From Nitrospirota bacterium (GTDB lineage Bacteria > Nitrospirota > UBA9217): a DNA stretch of 64,000 bases. This document shows positions 48,002 to 58,490 of the stretch, piece by piece. Both the position numbers and the translations under genes were made by a program. Positions within the stretch are counted from its first letter, which is position 1. Every line of letters begins with the position of its first letter. The stretch lies in contig JAOUEV010000008.1 of assembly GCA_029858565.1 (NCBI GenBank), positions 2,003 through 66,002 on the forward strand. Direction: 5' to 3'. The notes beneath the pieces are model-generated. The model did no database searches, was not told the origin of the DNA, and saw only the letters and a program-made list of their open reading frames with translations.

Positions 48002-48910
48002 TTAAATATCCTCGAAGTGCGTCAGTTTCTTGAACTCCCGGTACCGGGCCTCGATCTCCTTGTAGTCCAGGCTCCGGAGCCTGTCCAGACTGAAGGACTC
48101 GACATTCAGCGACGCCATCACGCTGCCGAAGACAACCGCCTGCCGCATGCTGGCCTCGGAGAAGTTCTGCGTATTCGCCAGGTATCCCATGAAACCGCCG
48201 GCAAAGGTATCGCCTGCACCCGTCGGATCGAACACATTCTCCAGCGGATACGCCGGAGCGCTGAACACGCTGTGGCCGCTGAACATGAGCGCTCCGTAGC
48301 TCCCCTGCTTCACCACGATGGTCTTCGGCCCCATGGCCTGGACCGCCCGGGCCGCCTTGACCAGGCTGGATTCTCCGGCAAGCTGCCTGATCTCGGCCTC
48401 GTTGATCGTCAGAAGATCGACTTCTTTGAGCGTACGTTTGAGCGCGTCAAGCTTGCTCGATATCCAGTAGTTCATGGTGTCGCAGGCGACCAGCTTCGGC
48501 CGCTTCACCTGGCGCAGCACATCGAGTTGGATATCGGGATCGATGTTCGCCAGGAACACCACCTCGGTCTTTTTGTAGTCATCAATAATGGTCGGCTTGA
48601 ACGTAGCCAGCACATTCAGGTCCGTCGCCAGCGTGCGCGCTTCGTTGAGGTCGAAACCATACTCGCCTTTCCAGCGAAAGGTCTCGCCTTTCTGCACTTC
48701 GAGACCGCGGACATCTACATTCCTGCTCTTTAGAAAGCTGATATGCTCCTTCGGAAAGTCCTCCCCGATCACCGCGACCAGACGGACATCGGTGAAATAG
48801 CTTGCGGACGTGGAAAAGTAGGTTGCTGATCCGCCCAGGGCATTGTCCACGTTCCCGAAAGGCGTTTTGACCGAATCCAGTGCGACCGTACCGACAACGA
48901 GCAAACTCAC
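48002..48910 (-). CDS. PfkB-family carbohydrate/nucleoside kinase
   Basis: GGSATY, DPTGAGDTFAGG signature. Confidence 0.9.
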   Translation of the reverse strand: MSLLVVGTVALDSVKTPFGNVDNALGGSATYFSTSASYFTDVRLVAVIGEDFPKEHISFLKSRNVDVRGLEVQKGETFRWKGEYGFDLNEARTLATDLNVLATFKPTIIDDYKKTEVVFLANIDPDIQLDVLRQVKRPKLVACDTMNYWISSKLDALKRTLKEVDLLTINEAEIRQLAGESSLVKAARAVQAMGPKTIVVKQGSYGALMFSGHSVFSAPAYPLENVFDPTGAGDTFAGGFMGYLANTQNFSEASMRQAVVFGSVMASLNVESFSLDRLRSLDYKEIEARYREFKKLTHFEDI

Positions 48911-48970
48911 TTGAAAACCCTCCAAAATGAACTGTGTTATTTGGAAGGGGTTGATGTACCCCCTTACCCC

Positions 48971-49867
48971 TTACCCCTTACGGCCCTTGAGGTATTTTCC
49001 GATGATCGGCGCAAGATCCTTCTTCGTTTTCGCCGGGATCAGCTTTGCCGGCGTCATGATCGCGAACTGAAGAGCCGATCCGCACGCACAGGTCCGCTCC
49101 TCCGGCAACATCCTGACAGCCTCCTTGATCATTGCCTTGGAAGTCTCGATATTATGCTTCATGACCTCGAGCACAGCCTCAACGGTAACAGCCTCTTCGC
49201 TATGATGCCAGCAGTCATAGTCCGTGGCCAGCGCGATGGTGCTGTAGCAGATCTCGGCCTCGCGCGCGAGCTTCGCTTCGGTGGCGTTGGTCATCCCGAT
49301 GACATTGACGCCCCACTGCCGGTAGATCAGCGACTCCGCCCGGGTGGAAAACTGGGGGCCTTCCATGCAGATATACGTGCCGCCCTCGTGGACCATCGCT
49401 CCTGCCCGCGCGCCTGCCTCGACCAGCACTTTGCACAGGTTGCCGCAGACCGGATCGGCCATGCCGACATGAGCGACCGCGCCATTCCCGAAAAATGTGC
49501 TGCGGCGATGCTTCGTGTGATCGTAGAACTGGTCGGGGATCACGATATCGCCGGGTTTGATCTCTTCCTTCATGCTGCCCACGGCGCTCACCGAGATGAT
49601 CCGCTCGACGCCCAGCTTCTTCATGCCGTAGATGTTCGCACGGTAATTGATGTCCGTGGGCATGACCCGGTGGCCCTTGCCGTGACGGGGCAGGAAAGCA
49701 ATACGCCGTCCATAGAGCGTACCCACGAGATATTCATCCGACGGTTTTCCGAAAGGCGTGGCGATCCGCACCTTCCTGATGTTCGTCAGGCCTTCCATTT
49801 CGTACAGTCCGCTGCCGCCGATGACGCCGATCGTCACGCGTTCAGTCTTTTTACTTCGCAGTGCCAT
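48971..49867 (-). CDS. mtnP: S-methyl-5'-thioadenosine phosphorylase
   Basis: GVIGGSGLY, TPFGKPSD, RHGKGH, EGPQFSTRAES, TDYDCW. Confidence 0.92.
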   Translation of the reverse strand: MALRSKKTERVTIGVIGGSGLYEMEGLTNIRKVRIATPFGKPSDEYLVGTLYGRRIAFLPRHGKGHRVMPTDINYRANIYGMKKLGVERIISVSAVGSMKEEIKPGDIVIPDQFYDHTKHRRSTFFGNGAVAHVGMADPVCGNLCKVLVEAGARAGAMVHEGGTYICMEGPQFSTRAESLIYRQWGVNVIGMTNATEAKLAREAEICYSTIALATDYDCWHHSEEAVTVEAVLEVMKHNIETSKAMIKEAVRMLPEERTCACGSALQFAIMTPAKLIPAKTKKDLAPIIGKYLKGRKG

Positions 49868-49991
49868 GAACGATTTCCTTTATGATGAGAATACGCCTGG
49901 AGTACCGATCGTGGGTGAAGTACTCGGGATGCGGAATATATTCCCGAACCGCAGGACGGTCGCATTCCGCATTCCGCACTCCCCGCAGGAT

Positions 49992-50264
49992 CTATCCCTG
50001 AGGTGTCACTGGCGCGGATTCGCCGTCCTTCTTCACGTCTCCGCTCTCCAGCAGATCAACAGGACGTTCAGGGATGATGGTGGAAATGGCGTGTTTGTAG
50101 ACCAGCTGCTGGTTCTCCTGCTTCAGGAGGATTACAAAGTTGTCGAAGCCTTTGATCGTTCCGGAGATGCGGGCGCCGTTCACCAGATACATGGTCACCG
50201 GGACCTTCTCCTTGCGCATCTGGTTCAAAAAAATGTCCTGAAGGTTCACTTGCGACTTGCCCAT
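49992..50264 (-). CDS. hfq: RNA chaperone Hfq
   Basis: [29 protein letters not shown]; follows miaA. Confidence 0.95.
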   Translation of the reverse strand: MGKSQVNLQDIFLNQMRKEKVPVTMYLVNGARISGTIKGFDNFVILLKQENQQLVYKHAISTIIPERPVDLLESGDVKKDGESAPVTPQG

Positions 50265-50324
50265 CCACCCCTCCGCTGACGCGGTCCATGTGACCGTCAG
50301 ACCTCGCACCAAATTTTTGAAATG

Positions 50325-51272
50325 TTATACCAAGTTGCCTGAAATATCAATGTTTTTCTTTATCTGCGACACAATTTCATTGGGGTCATCAAGTCCCGAA
50401 ATATCGATCCAGACGGCTTCAGGCTCTCTGCGGAACCAGGTGAACTGCCGTTTGGCAAAACGCCTCGTGTCCCGCTTGAGCAGTTCAACGGTTTCCTCGC
50501 GGCCCGTCTTGTTGTTGAAGTATCCCATGAAATGCTGGTACCCCAGCGCCTGCATGGATACCAGCTCCCTGCCGTATCCCTTCAGCATCAGGCCTTTCAC
50601 TTCGTCCTCCAGCCCTCCGGCGATCATGGCGTCGACACGCCGATCGATGCGGCTGTAGAGTTCCGCCCTGCCGCGGACCAGGAACAGGAGACGGAAGGCG
50701 AATGGCCGGTCGCTGAACCCGTGTTCCTGCTGGAGCGATGACATCTTCCTGTCGCGAATATGGAAGACCTCCAGCGCTCGCACGGTGCGGCGGAGATCAT
50801 TGGGGTGGATCTTGATGGCCGCCTCGGGATCGAGCCTCGCCAGGTCCGCGTACAGCGTTCCTTCGCCGTTCTCAGCCTCTTTGCTCAGCAGCCGTTCCCG
50901 GAGTTCCAGGTCCGCAGGCGGCCCGTGGAACAGGCCCTTCATGAGCGCCCGGATATAGAGCCCGGTCCCTCCCACCACGATGGGCGTGCCGCCGGTCTTC
51001 AGAATCGCGTCGATCGCCGCCCGGGCGTCGCGATAATAGTCGCCGACGCTGTAGGGCTGCGCCGGGTCCGCGACATCGATAAGATGATGATAAACGAGCT
51101 TCCGCTGCTCCGGTGCGGGCTTTGCCGTGCCGATATCCATGCCGCGATAGACCTGCATGGAATCCGCGCTCACGATCTCCGCGTCCTGCTCCCGCGCGAG
51201 CAGGATCGACGCATCGGTCTTGCCGACGGCCGTGGGTCCGGCGATGATGAGAATGGGCTTCGGTGAAGACAT
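50325..51272 (-). CDS. miaA: tRNA dimethylallyltransferase
   Basis: GPTAVGKT, SADSMQVYRGMDIGTAKP, GGTGLY, TRRFAKRQFTW. Confidence 0.96.
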   Translation of the reverse strand: MSSPKPILIIAGPTAVGKTDASILLAREQDAEIVSADSMQVYRGMDIGTAKPAPEQRKLVYHHLIDVADPAQPYSVGDYYRDARAAIDAILKTGGTPIVVGGTGLYIRALMKGLFHGPPADLELRERLLSKEAENGEGTLYADLARLDPEAAIKIHPNDLRRTVRALEVFHIRDRKMSSLQQEHGFSDRPFAFRLLFLVRGRAELYSRIDRRVDAMIAGGLEDEVKGLMLKGYGRELVSMQALGYQHFMGYFNNKTGREETVELLKRDTRRFAKRQFTWFRREPEAVWIDISGLDDPNEIVSQIKKNIDISGNLV

Positions 51273-51281
51273 AACTGAAAA

Positions 51282-52022
51282 TCAGTTCTCTTCTATCGAT
51301 TTGTGCAGCTTTATCGGTTTTGCTTTCTTCCGCATCCGTATGTTCAGCATCTCCACGACCGTGGAGAATGCCATGGCAAAATAGATGTATCCCCGTGGCA
51401 CATGCCAGTCAAAACCCTCGGCAATGAGCGCCACGCCGACCACGACCAGAAAGCTCAGGGCGAGCACTTTGATCGTCGGATGACGGTCCACGAAGTCCCC
51501 GATGGCTTTGGAAGCGAACATCATAACACCCACGGCGGCCATGATCGCCAGGATCATTACCGCCACCTCCTTCGCCAATCCAACCGCGGTTATCACGGAG
51601 TCGAGCGAGAAAATGATGTCAATGACCGCGATCTGGGCGATAGTGGCAGCGAACCCTGCCATGGCAGCGGTTGAACGCTCCTCCCCGGAGCCCTCAAGGC
51701 TCTCATGTATCTCCATAGTGCTCTTCCAGAGCAGGAACAGGCCTCCGCCGATCAGGATGATATCGCGGCCGGAGATTTCCCTGGCCATGACCGCGAAGAG
51801 CGGTTCGGTCAGCCGCATGACCCAGGTGATGGACAAAAGCAGCAGGATGCGGGTCACCATGGCGAAACCAAGGCCGAGCACGCGGCCCCGTGCCCGCTGG
51901 TGCTCCGGAAGCCTGCCCACGAGAATGGAGATGAATATGATGTTGTCGATTCCCAGCACGATCTCGAGTGCCGTCAGCGTCACCAGCGCGATCCATGCCT
52001 CGGGGTTGAAGATCCAGTCCAT
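51282..52022 (-). CDS. TerC-family membrane protein
   Basis: LEIVLGIDN, DIIFSLDSVITAVG, HVPRGYIYFAM. Confidence 0.92.
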   Translation of the reverse strand: MDWIFNPEAWIALVTLTALEIVLGIDNIIFISILVGRLPEHQRARGRVLGLGFAMVTRILLLLSITWVMRLTEPLFAVMAREISGRDIILIGGGLFLLWKSTMEIHESLEGSGEERSTAAMAGFAATIAQIAVIDIIFSLDSVITAVGLAKEVAVMILAIMAAVGVMMFASKAIGDFVDRHPTIKVLALSFLVVVGVALIAEGFDWHVPRGYIYFAMAFSTVVEMLNIRMRKKAKPIKLHKSIEEN

Positions 52023-52042
52023 TGCTTATGTTTCCTTTCCTC

Positions 52043-53827
52043 TCAGATCCTTTTGAACATCTTCCGGATCTCATCCATCGAGAACCGCACGATCGTCGGC
52101 CTGCCGTGTGGACAGGAGTGCGGCATGCGGCACACGAACAGGTCGCGGATCAGATCATCCATTTCACGGACCGTAAGGTGCCGGTGGACCTTGACCGCCG
52201 GATGGCAGGCCATGACGGACAGGACCTCGTTCCGGAGAACATCCATCCTGTTGCTGGACCCGTGCACCTTGAGCTCGTCGAGAATATCGTTCAGCAATTT
52301 CCGGGGATCTGCCTTGATCAGAAGAGCGGGCACTGCCTTGATGATGAACGTCCTTCCGCCGAAGGGTTCCATGACCAGTCCGAGCTTTTCCAGATCAAGC
52401 GCTGCCTCCGCCAGAAGTTCCTGCTCAGCAGGGCCGACCTCGATCTGCAGCGGGATCAGGAGGTTTTGAGCAGGCACCGTACCGCGAGCATGCTGGTCCT
52501 GGAGCTGCTCGAACAGTATCCGTTCATGGGCCGCGTGCTGGTCGATGAGGGCCATGCCGCTGCTTGACTGCGCGACAATGAAGGAATCATGCACCTGTGC
52601 CAAGGGTACGAGCACTTCTCCCAGGAAGGCAGGGAGCTGCTCCGGCGCAGACCGCTCCGGCGCATGTTCGTGGGGAAGCGCTGCGGATTGATCGGTCCGT
52701 CTCCGGCCGTAAGAATGCGGGTGCACGGTCTCATTCGGCTTACCGGACGATCCGACGTAGGGTGCCAAAGGGTCCGCCACAGCATCCATCGTCACCGCAG
52801 CGGGAGGCAAGGACCTGTCCCGGGACACAGAAGACCGGCTGCGGCTCAAGGCTTCGCGGACAGCATCCCGGACCAGGTCGTGTATCTGCGACTGGTTGCG
52901 GAAACGGACCTCGGTCTTGGCCGGATGGACATTCACGTCGACCAGCGCAGGGTCCAGATCGAGAAAGAGGATTGCCGCAGGATGGCGATCGCGCATCAGC
53001 AGATCAGCATATGCCTGATAGAGCCCATGGCTGAGCGAGGGATTCCTGACGAACCTGCCGTTCACGTAAAACTCCTGGCATGTCTTGTCCCCGCGGGAGT
53101 AGTTCGGTTTGCCGATCAGGCCGGACAGATGCACCGGCTCCCTTTGCGCTGAAAGTTCGATCAGGTTCTCTGTCAGTTCCTCACCGAACACCTGCCGGGC
53201 CCGTTCCCGAAGGGATTCTGCGGCCAGCAGATCGAATACCGTCTTCTTATTATGGGTCAGCTTGAAGCGGACAGCGGGATGGGCCATGGCCTGGTGCGAC
53301 AGGGCCGCGGAAATATGGGAGAACTCCGTGGCCGGACTCTTCAGGAACTTGAGCCGCGCCGGGGTGTTGAAGAACAAATGGCTCACCTCGATCGAGGTTC
53401 CGGGAGATGCCGGTGCAGCGGTGATGTTTCCGAGCGTTCCTCCGTCGATCTCGACCAGCGTCCCCTCACCGCCGCCGCGCCGCGCGGTGATCATGCGGAC
53501 CCGGGAGACTGCCGCGATGCTCGACAGGGCCTCGCCGCGGAATCCCATGGTCCGGATCGCCTCAAGGTCCGCTTCGGAGGATATCTTGCTCGTTGCGTGA
53601 CGTTCAAAGGCGAGCCGGGCATCCTCCCGCGCCATACCTGCACCATTGTCGCTTATGCGAATAAGCCGTTTACCGGCCTGTTCAATGTCGACAAGGACCT
53701 CAACAGCACCGGCATCCAGAGCGTTCTCGATCAGTTCCTTGACCACCGAGGAAGGCCGTTCAACGACTTCGCCGGCGGCGATCTTGTTGATAAGATTGTC
53801 TGGAAGAATTTTTATCACTGAGGACAT
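52043..53827 (-). CDS. mutL: DNA mismatch repair protein MutL
   Basis: IAAGEVVERP, KELIENALDAG, GFRGEAL, DQHAAHER, ACH, CPHGRP. Confidence 0.96.
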   Translation of the reverse strand: MSSVIKILPDNLINKIAAGEVVERPSSVVKELIENALDAGAVEVLVDIEQAGKRLIRISDNGAGMAREDARLAFERHATSKISSEADLEAIRTMGFRGEALSSIAAVSRVRMITARRGGGEGTLVEIDGGTLGNITAAPASPGTSIEVSHLFFNTPARLKFLKSPATEFSHISAALSHQAMAHPAVRFKLTHNKKTVFDLLAAESLRERARQVFGEELTENLIELSAQREPVHLSGLIGKPNYSRGDKTCQEFYVNGRFVRNPSLSHGLYQAYADLLMRDRHPAAILFLDLDPALVDVNVHPAKTEVRFRNQSQIHDLVRDAVREALSRSRSSVSRDRSLPPAAVTMDAVADPLAPYVGSSGKPNETVHPHSYGRRRTDQSAALPHEHAPERSAPEQLPAFLGEVLVPLAQVHDSFIVAQSSSGMALIDQHAAHERILFEQLQDQHARGTVPAQNLLIPLQIEVGPAEQELLAEAALDLEKLGLVMEPFGGRTFIIKAVPALLIKADPRKLLNDILDELKVHGSSNRMDVLRNEVLSVMACHPAVKVHRHLTVREMDDLIRDLFVCRMPHSCPHGRPTIVRFSMDEIRKMFKRI

Positions 53828-53925
53828 ACCGATAAGGACCGCGGTTCAACGCGGACGGAAAGCGGACCGCAAGCATACTCCCGTCGCCGCGATGGGCTCG
53901 CCCGTGATCATTCGGAGTTGCGAAA

Positions 53926-55317
53926 TCAGTACTTCAGCTGTATCTTTTCCTGGTTTCCCAGGACCACGATCGTCAGGTGTTCCGGATCCAGATATTTGGC
54001 AGCCACCCGCTGGAGCTCTTCGCGCGTGACCGCATTGATCAGGCGCGGATATTTCACAGGATAGTCCAGATCGAGTCCGTATATCTCGATGCTCGTGAGC
54101 ATCGACGCGATCTTCGCTTGCGTGTCCATGCGCAGGGGAAAGCTGCCGGTCAGGTATGCTTTGGCGTCGGCAAGTTCCTTCTCGCCCACCGGCTCCTGCC
54201 TGATGCGCCGTATCTCCGAGAAGATCTCATTGATCGCTTCGTTCGCAGATTCGCTCTTTGTCTGCACCCAGACACGGAAGGCGCCCGGTTCCTTCTGCGC
54301 CTGGAAGGAGCTGTGAACATCGTACGCCAGCCCCCGGTTGTCCCGGATATTGTCCATGAGCCGGGATGAGAACCCTCCTCCGCCGAGAATATAGTTCATG
54401 ACCGATATGGCGTAAAAGTCCGGGTTCTCCCTGCTGACGCCAAGATGTCCCAGTGCGATATTGGCCTGGGTGATGTTCTTGTCCAGCTTGAGAACCTCGA
54501 TCTTCTCTTTTTTCGGAGGCGCCGTGCGTGCCGGATCCTGACCGTCCACGTGACGCCAGTCCTTGAAATTCTCCCTGATCAGGCGACGGACCTCTTTTTC
54601 CGTGGTATCCCCGACCACGGCGATGATCACTCTGTTCGGGCCGTACCGAGTTGCGTGGAAATCAGCAACATCCTGACGGGTCAGGCGGGGAAGGTATGCG
54701 GCCACATCGTCGTTCGTTCTCCCGTAGGGATGGCCGCCGAACACCGCCTTGCTGAAGGCCTCGCCGGCGATCACTTCAGGTTCGTCCTTCTGCTGCCGGA
54801 TCGCCGCCAGGGTCTCCTTGACCTTCCGGTCGATCTCCTTCTGATCGAACACCGGGTTCGTCAGAACATCGGAAAGCAGATCGAATCCCTTGCGAACGTC
54901 CTTTTTCAGCACCCGGAGGCTGGCAACCGAGAAATCATCGCTGCCTGAAACCGACAGCGAACCTCCCACGAAATCGATCTCCTGGCTTATCTGCAGGGCG
55001 GTCCGTTTTTTCGTCCCCTGCATGAGCAGGGCCGCGGTCATGGAAGCCAGACCGGGCTTGTCGCCGGGCTCCACGATACTCCCCGCGCGGATCACCATAT
55101 TCACCGTGACCACGGGCAGTTCATGCCGCTCAGCGAGCAGCAGGACCATTCCGTTCTCCAGCACGATGCGCTTCCCGATCGGTTCGGCCGCATGAGCGAT
55201 GGAAACCAACCCGAGCAAGAGTGAGAGCATAATGCCGTAACGAACAATTCTTTGTATTTGACGTACAATCCGCAATCCGCAATCCGCAATCCGCAATGTG
55301 TTTATGTCATTTTGCAT
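53926..55317 (-). CDS. M16 (pitrilysin) family protein, non-catalytic type
   Basis: LENGM..L, GGGFSSRL; lacks HxxEH; start uncertain. Confidence 0.85.
   Translation of the reverse strand: MQNDINTLRIADCGLRIVRQIQRIVRYGIMLSLLLGLVSIAHAAEPIGKRIVLENGMVLLLAERHELPVVTVNMVIRAGSIVEPGDKPGLASMTAALLMQGTKKRTALQISQEIDFVGGSLSVSGSDDFSVASLRVLKKDVRKGFDLLSDVLTNPVFDQKEIDRKVKETLAAIRQQKDEPEVIAGEAFSKAVFGGHPYGRTNDDVAAYLPRLTRQDVADFHATRYGPNRVIIAVVGDTTEKEVRRLIRENFKDWRHVDGQDPARTAPPKKEKIEVLKLDKNITQANIALGHLGVSRENPDFYAISVMNYILGGGGFSSRLMDNIRDNRGLAYDVHSSFQAQKEPGAFRVWVQTKSESANEAINEIFSEIRRIRQEPVGEKELADAKAYLTGSFPLRMDTQAKIASMLTSIEIYGLDLDYPVKYPRLINAVTREELQRVAAKYLDPEHLTIVVLGNQEKIQLKY
55267..55296. repeat. Heptamer tandem repeat (AATCCGC)n family
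   Basis: Four copies here; related runs at 56669-56700, 63123-63147, 63179-63212, 28527-28556 and 49961-49988. Confidence 0.75.
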
Positions 55318-55318
55318 G

Positions 55319-56647
55319 TTATTTCTCCGAATCCTTCTTGATCGGCACCAATATCCCCACGGTCCGGCTGTCCTCGGTAAAGTAGGTTCGCGCCACACGC
55401 TGGACATCCTCCTTGGTGACCGATCGAACGCGTTCAACGTACGACTCGAGGAGCCTCCAGTTCGCGACCGTCTCGAACTGACCCAGCACCATGGCCTGGT
55501 AGAATACCGAATCCTGGCCCATGATGAAGCTCGCTTCTATCTGGTTCTTTGCCTTCTGGAGCTCCTCATCGGTCACCGGTTCGTTCTTGAACCGATCGAT
55601 CTCTGCGTAGAGCGCCTTTTCAACATCCTCGGTGTTCTTCCCGGGCATGACGCCCGCGTACAGATAGAACAGGTTGGCGTCGGTCGATACGTCGTCGTAG
55701 TCCCCGCCTGCGTACAGCGCCAGCTGCTTCTCATACACCAGCGAACGGTACAGACGGGAGCTCCTGCCTGACGAGAGGATCGACTGCAGTACGTTCAGCG
55801 CCTGGGAATCGGGGCTCTGCATGGTCGGCGCTTTGTAACCGGCAAAGATCGCCGGCAGTTCCGCTTCCTGCTTCACAACAAGCCGTTTTTCACCGAGCTG
55901 CTTCGGTTCGGCGGCAGCGACCTTCGGGACATCCGGGCCCCGGGGAATGGATCCGAAATACTTCTCCACCAGGGCCAGCACCTTCTTGATCTCGAAATCG
56001 CCGACCACGACGATCGTGGCATTGTTCGGCGCGTAGTACGTACGATAGTGGTTCTCCAGGTCATCGCGGGTGATGCTCCGGATGTCCGCCATCCAGCCGA
56101 TGACCGGCCACTGATAGGGATGGGCGGCGAATGCAGTGGCCATCATCTGCTCGACCATGGTGGCAGTAGGATCGTCCTCGGTGCGCATCCTGCGCTCTTC
56201 GGTGACCACGTCCCGTTCCGACAGAAAGTCCTTGGGATCAAGTATCAGGCCCTGCATCCGGTCGGACTCGAGGTCCATTGCCAGTTCCAGCCGGTCCGCT
56301 GCAAAGTTCTCGAAATAGGCGGTGTAATCCTTGCTGGTGAACGCGTTGTCATTTCCGCCGTTCTTCTGCACCATCCGGGAGAATTGTTTAGGACCGTACT
56401 TCTTCGAGCCCTTGAACATCATATGCTCCAGGAGGTGCGACATCCCGGTCTTGCCGAGCCGCTCGTTCCTCCCGCCGACGCGGTACCAGATCTGGAAGGT
56501 CACGACCGGCGATTTATGGTCTTCCTTGAGCAGGACTTTGAGTCCGTTCGGCAGCACTTTCTCCGTCACCTTCAGGTCCTGGGCAAAGCCGCTCGCCGCA
56601 ATAATGATCGATGCGATTATACATACAATAATTTTCATAAGTCTCAT
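55319..56647 (-). CDS. M16 (pitrilysin) family Zn-peptidase
   Basis: HLLEH inverted zincin motif, NAFTS, EERRMR; signal peptide. Confidence 0.92.
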   Translation of the reverse strand: MRLMKIIVCIIASIIIAASGFAQDLKVTEKVLPNGLKVLLKEDHKSPVVTFQIWYRVGGRNERLGKTGMSHLLEHMMFKGSKKYGPKQFSRMVQKNGGNDNAFTSKDYTAYFENFAADRLELAMDLESDRMQGLILDPKDFLSERDVVTEERRMRTEDDPTATMVEQMMATAFAAHPYQWPVIGWMADIRSITRDDLENHYRTYYAPNNATIVVVGDFEIKKVLALVEKYFGSIPRGPDVPKVAAAEPKQLGEKRLVVKQEAELPAIFAGYKAPTMQSPDSQALNVLQSILSSGRSSRLYRSLVYEKQLALYAGGDYDDVSTDANLFYLYAGVMPGKNTEDVEKALYAEIDRFKNEPVTDEELQKAKNQIEASFIMGQDSVFYQAMVLGQFETVANWRLLESYVERVRSVTKEDVQRVARTYFTEDSRTVGILVPIKKDSEK

Positions 56648-56701
56648 ATCGGTTCTCCGCTTTGATTTAATCCGCAATCCGAAATCTGCAATCCGAAATT
56701 A

Positions 56702-57151
56702 TTATCCCGTGTGTCCGAACCCGCCGCTCCCCCGTTTTGTTTCTGAAAGATCTGCTACGGTCAGGAAACGGGCCTTTTCGATCTTCACAAATACCATCTG
56801 GGCGATCCTGTCGCCGCGGCGGACCGGGAAGGGCTTGTCGCTGAAATTGAACAGGATCACGCCGATCTCGCCCCGGTAATCCGCATCGATCGTCCCCGGT
56901 CCGTTCAGCATCCCGATACCGTGCTTGAGCGCAAGACCGCTGCGCGGACGGACCTGGCCCTCGTATCCCTCGGGAATGGCGATGGAGATCCCCGTGGGGA
57001 TGAGCTTCCAGGAACCCGGCGCGATCTCAGTCTCGACGTCAACAGCAGCGTAGAGGTCGACACCGGCCGCGTGCTCGGTCTGATAATGAGGCACCGGGAG
57101 GCCGGCGCCATTCTGAAGTTGAAGGATTTCTACGGTAAAATGCTGAGACAT
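56702..57151 (-). CDS. dut: dUTP diphosphatase
   Basis: [36 protein letters not shown]. Confidence 0.96.
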   Translation of the reverse strand: MSQHFTVEILQLQNGAGLPVPHYQTEHAAGVDLYAAVDVETEIAPGSWKLIPTGISIAIPEGYEGQVRPRSGLALKHGIGMLNGPGTIDADYRGEIGVILFNFSDKPFPVRRGDRIAQMVFVKIEKARFLTVADLSETKRGSGGFGHTG

Positions 57152-57228
57152 TGTTCAAATAGGAGGCTATCCCTTACCCCTTGCTTATCTACTCCAGGCC
57201 ACCGGCTACTGGTTCCCGGCTACAGCAG

Positions 57229-58485
57229 CTATATTTCCAGCAGATCTTCCGGAAGATCCGTCTTCGCGATCGGCCCCAGGATGCTGAGCGCCATGTTCCC
57301 GGTCACGAATATCTGCTGCGCCACCCGGAGGACCTGTTCCCGGGTCACACTGTCAACTCCCTTGATTACCTCGTCGACCGAATGATATCTTCCGAAATAG
57401 ATCTCCTGCCGGGCCAGACGGCTCATATGGCTGTTGCTGCTCTCCAGGGAAAGGACCAGGTTCCCCTTGATCTGGTTCTTTACCCGCGTCTCTTCGGCAG
57501 GAGTGATGCCTTCCGCCTTTATCTTCCGGATCTCCTTCATGATCAGCTGAATGGCCTGGATCGCGTTCGCCGGGTCCGTGCCCGCGTAGATCGTCAGAAG
57601 TCCCGTATCCCGGTAGGCGGTCACATAGGAATAGATGGAATAGACCAGGGCGTTCTGCTCCCGAACTTCCTGGAAAAGCCGGGAACTCATGCTGTTCCCC
57701 AGGACCGTGTTGAGCGCCAGGATCACGAACCGGTCCTCGTGGGGATAGGGAATCCCGCCGCATCCGAGACAGACCTGGACCTGCTCCAGCTGTTTTTTCC
57801 TTACCGATACCGCCGGGGTGAAGGTCGGCACGACCTCCTGCTTCGGCGTTCCCGCGCGCTTCAATTTTCCGAAAGCCTGTTCGAGCAGTTCTATGAGGCG
57901 GCTATGCTCGAAATTTCCCGCTACGGAAATCACGATCTCCCGGGGACCGTAGTAGTTCTCGATATACTGCAGGATGTCCGTGTGCTTGAGGGACTTGATG
58001 GTGTCGCGGGTGCCGAGGATCGGCCTGCCGAGAGAATTCCCCTGCCACACCGTCCCCGTGAACAGCTCATGAATGTGGTCGTCGGGTGTGTCCTCGACGC
58101 CCTTGATCTCCTCAAGGATGACCTTGCGTTCCTTCTCCATGTCCGCCGGATCGAACCTGGACCCCAGGAGGATGTCCGACAGGATCTCGATGGCCAGGGG
58201 AAGATGCTCGTCGAGCACCTTCACGTAGTAGGTGGTGCTTTCCTGGGAGGTGAACGCGTTCATCTCTCCGCCCAGGGAATCGATCTCCGTGGCGATGTCC
58301 CGCGCCGTGCGCTTCTTCGTGCCCTTGAAGAACATGTGCTCGATGAAGTGCGATGCACCGCCGATCTCCGCGGGCTCGTGGCGGGACCCGACCTTGACCC
58401 AGACGCCGATGGAAACGGAACGTACTTTGGGCAGCGTTTCGGAGACAACGCGGATGCCGTTCGACAGGGTGTCTTTTCTATACAT
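57229..58485 (-). CDS. M16 family Zn-peptidase
   Basis: HFIEHMFFKGT, NAFTSQE, SSRLFQEVRE. Confidence 0.92.
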   Translation of the reverse strand: MYRKDTLSNGIRVVSETLPKVRSVSIGVWVKVGSRHEPAEIGGASHFIEHMFFKGTKKRTARDIATEIDSLGGEMNAFTSQESTTYYVKVLDEHLPLAIEILSDILLGSRFDPADMEKERKVILEEIKGVEDTPDDHIHELFTGTVWQGNSLGRPILGTRDTIKSLKHTDILQYIENYYGPREIVISVAGNFEHSRLIELLEQAFGKLKRAGTPKQEVVPTFTPAVSVRKKQLEQVQVCLGCGGIPYPHEDRFVILALNTVLGNSMSSRLFQEVREQNALVYSIYSYVTAYRDTGLLTIYAGTDPANAIQAIQLIMKEIRKIKAEGITPAEETRVKNQIKGNLVLSLESSNSHMSRLARQEIYFGRYHSVDEVIKGVDSVTREQVLRVAQQIFVTGNMALSILGPIAKTDLPEDLLEI

Positions 58486-58490
58486 GATGG

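Noticed and set aside
53926-58485. Cluster of three M16 peptidase genes
   Set aside because: A catalytic plus non-catalytic pair and a separate M16 gene near dut are common arrangements
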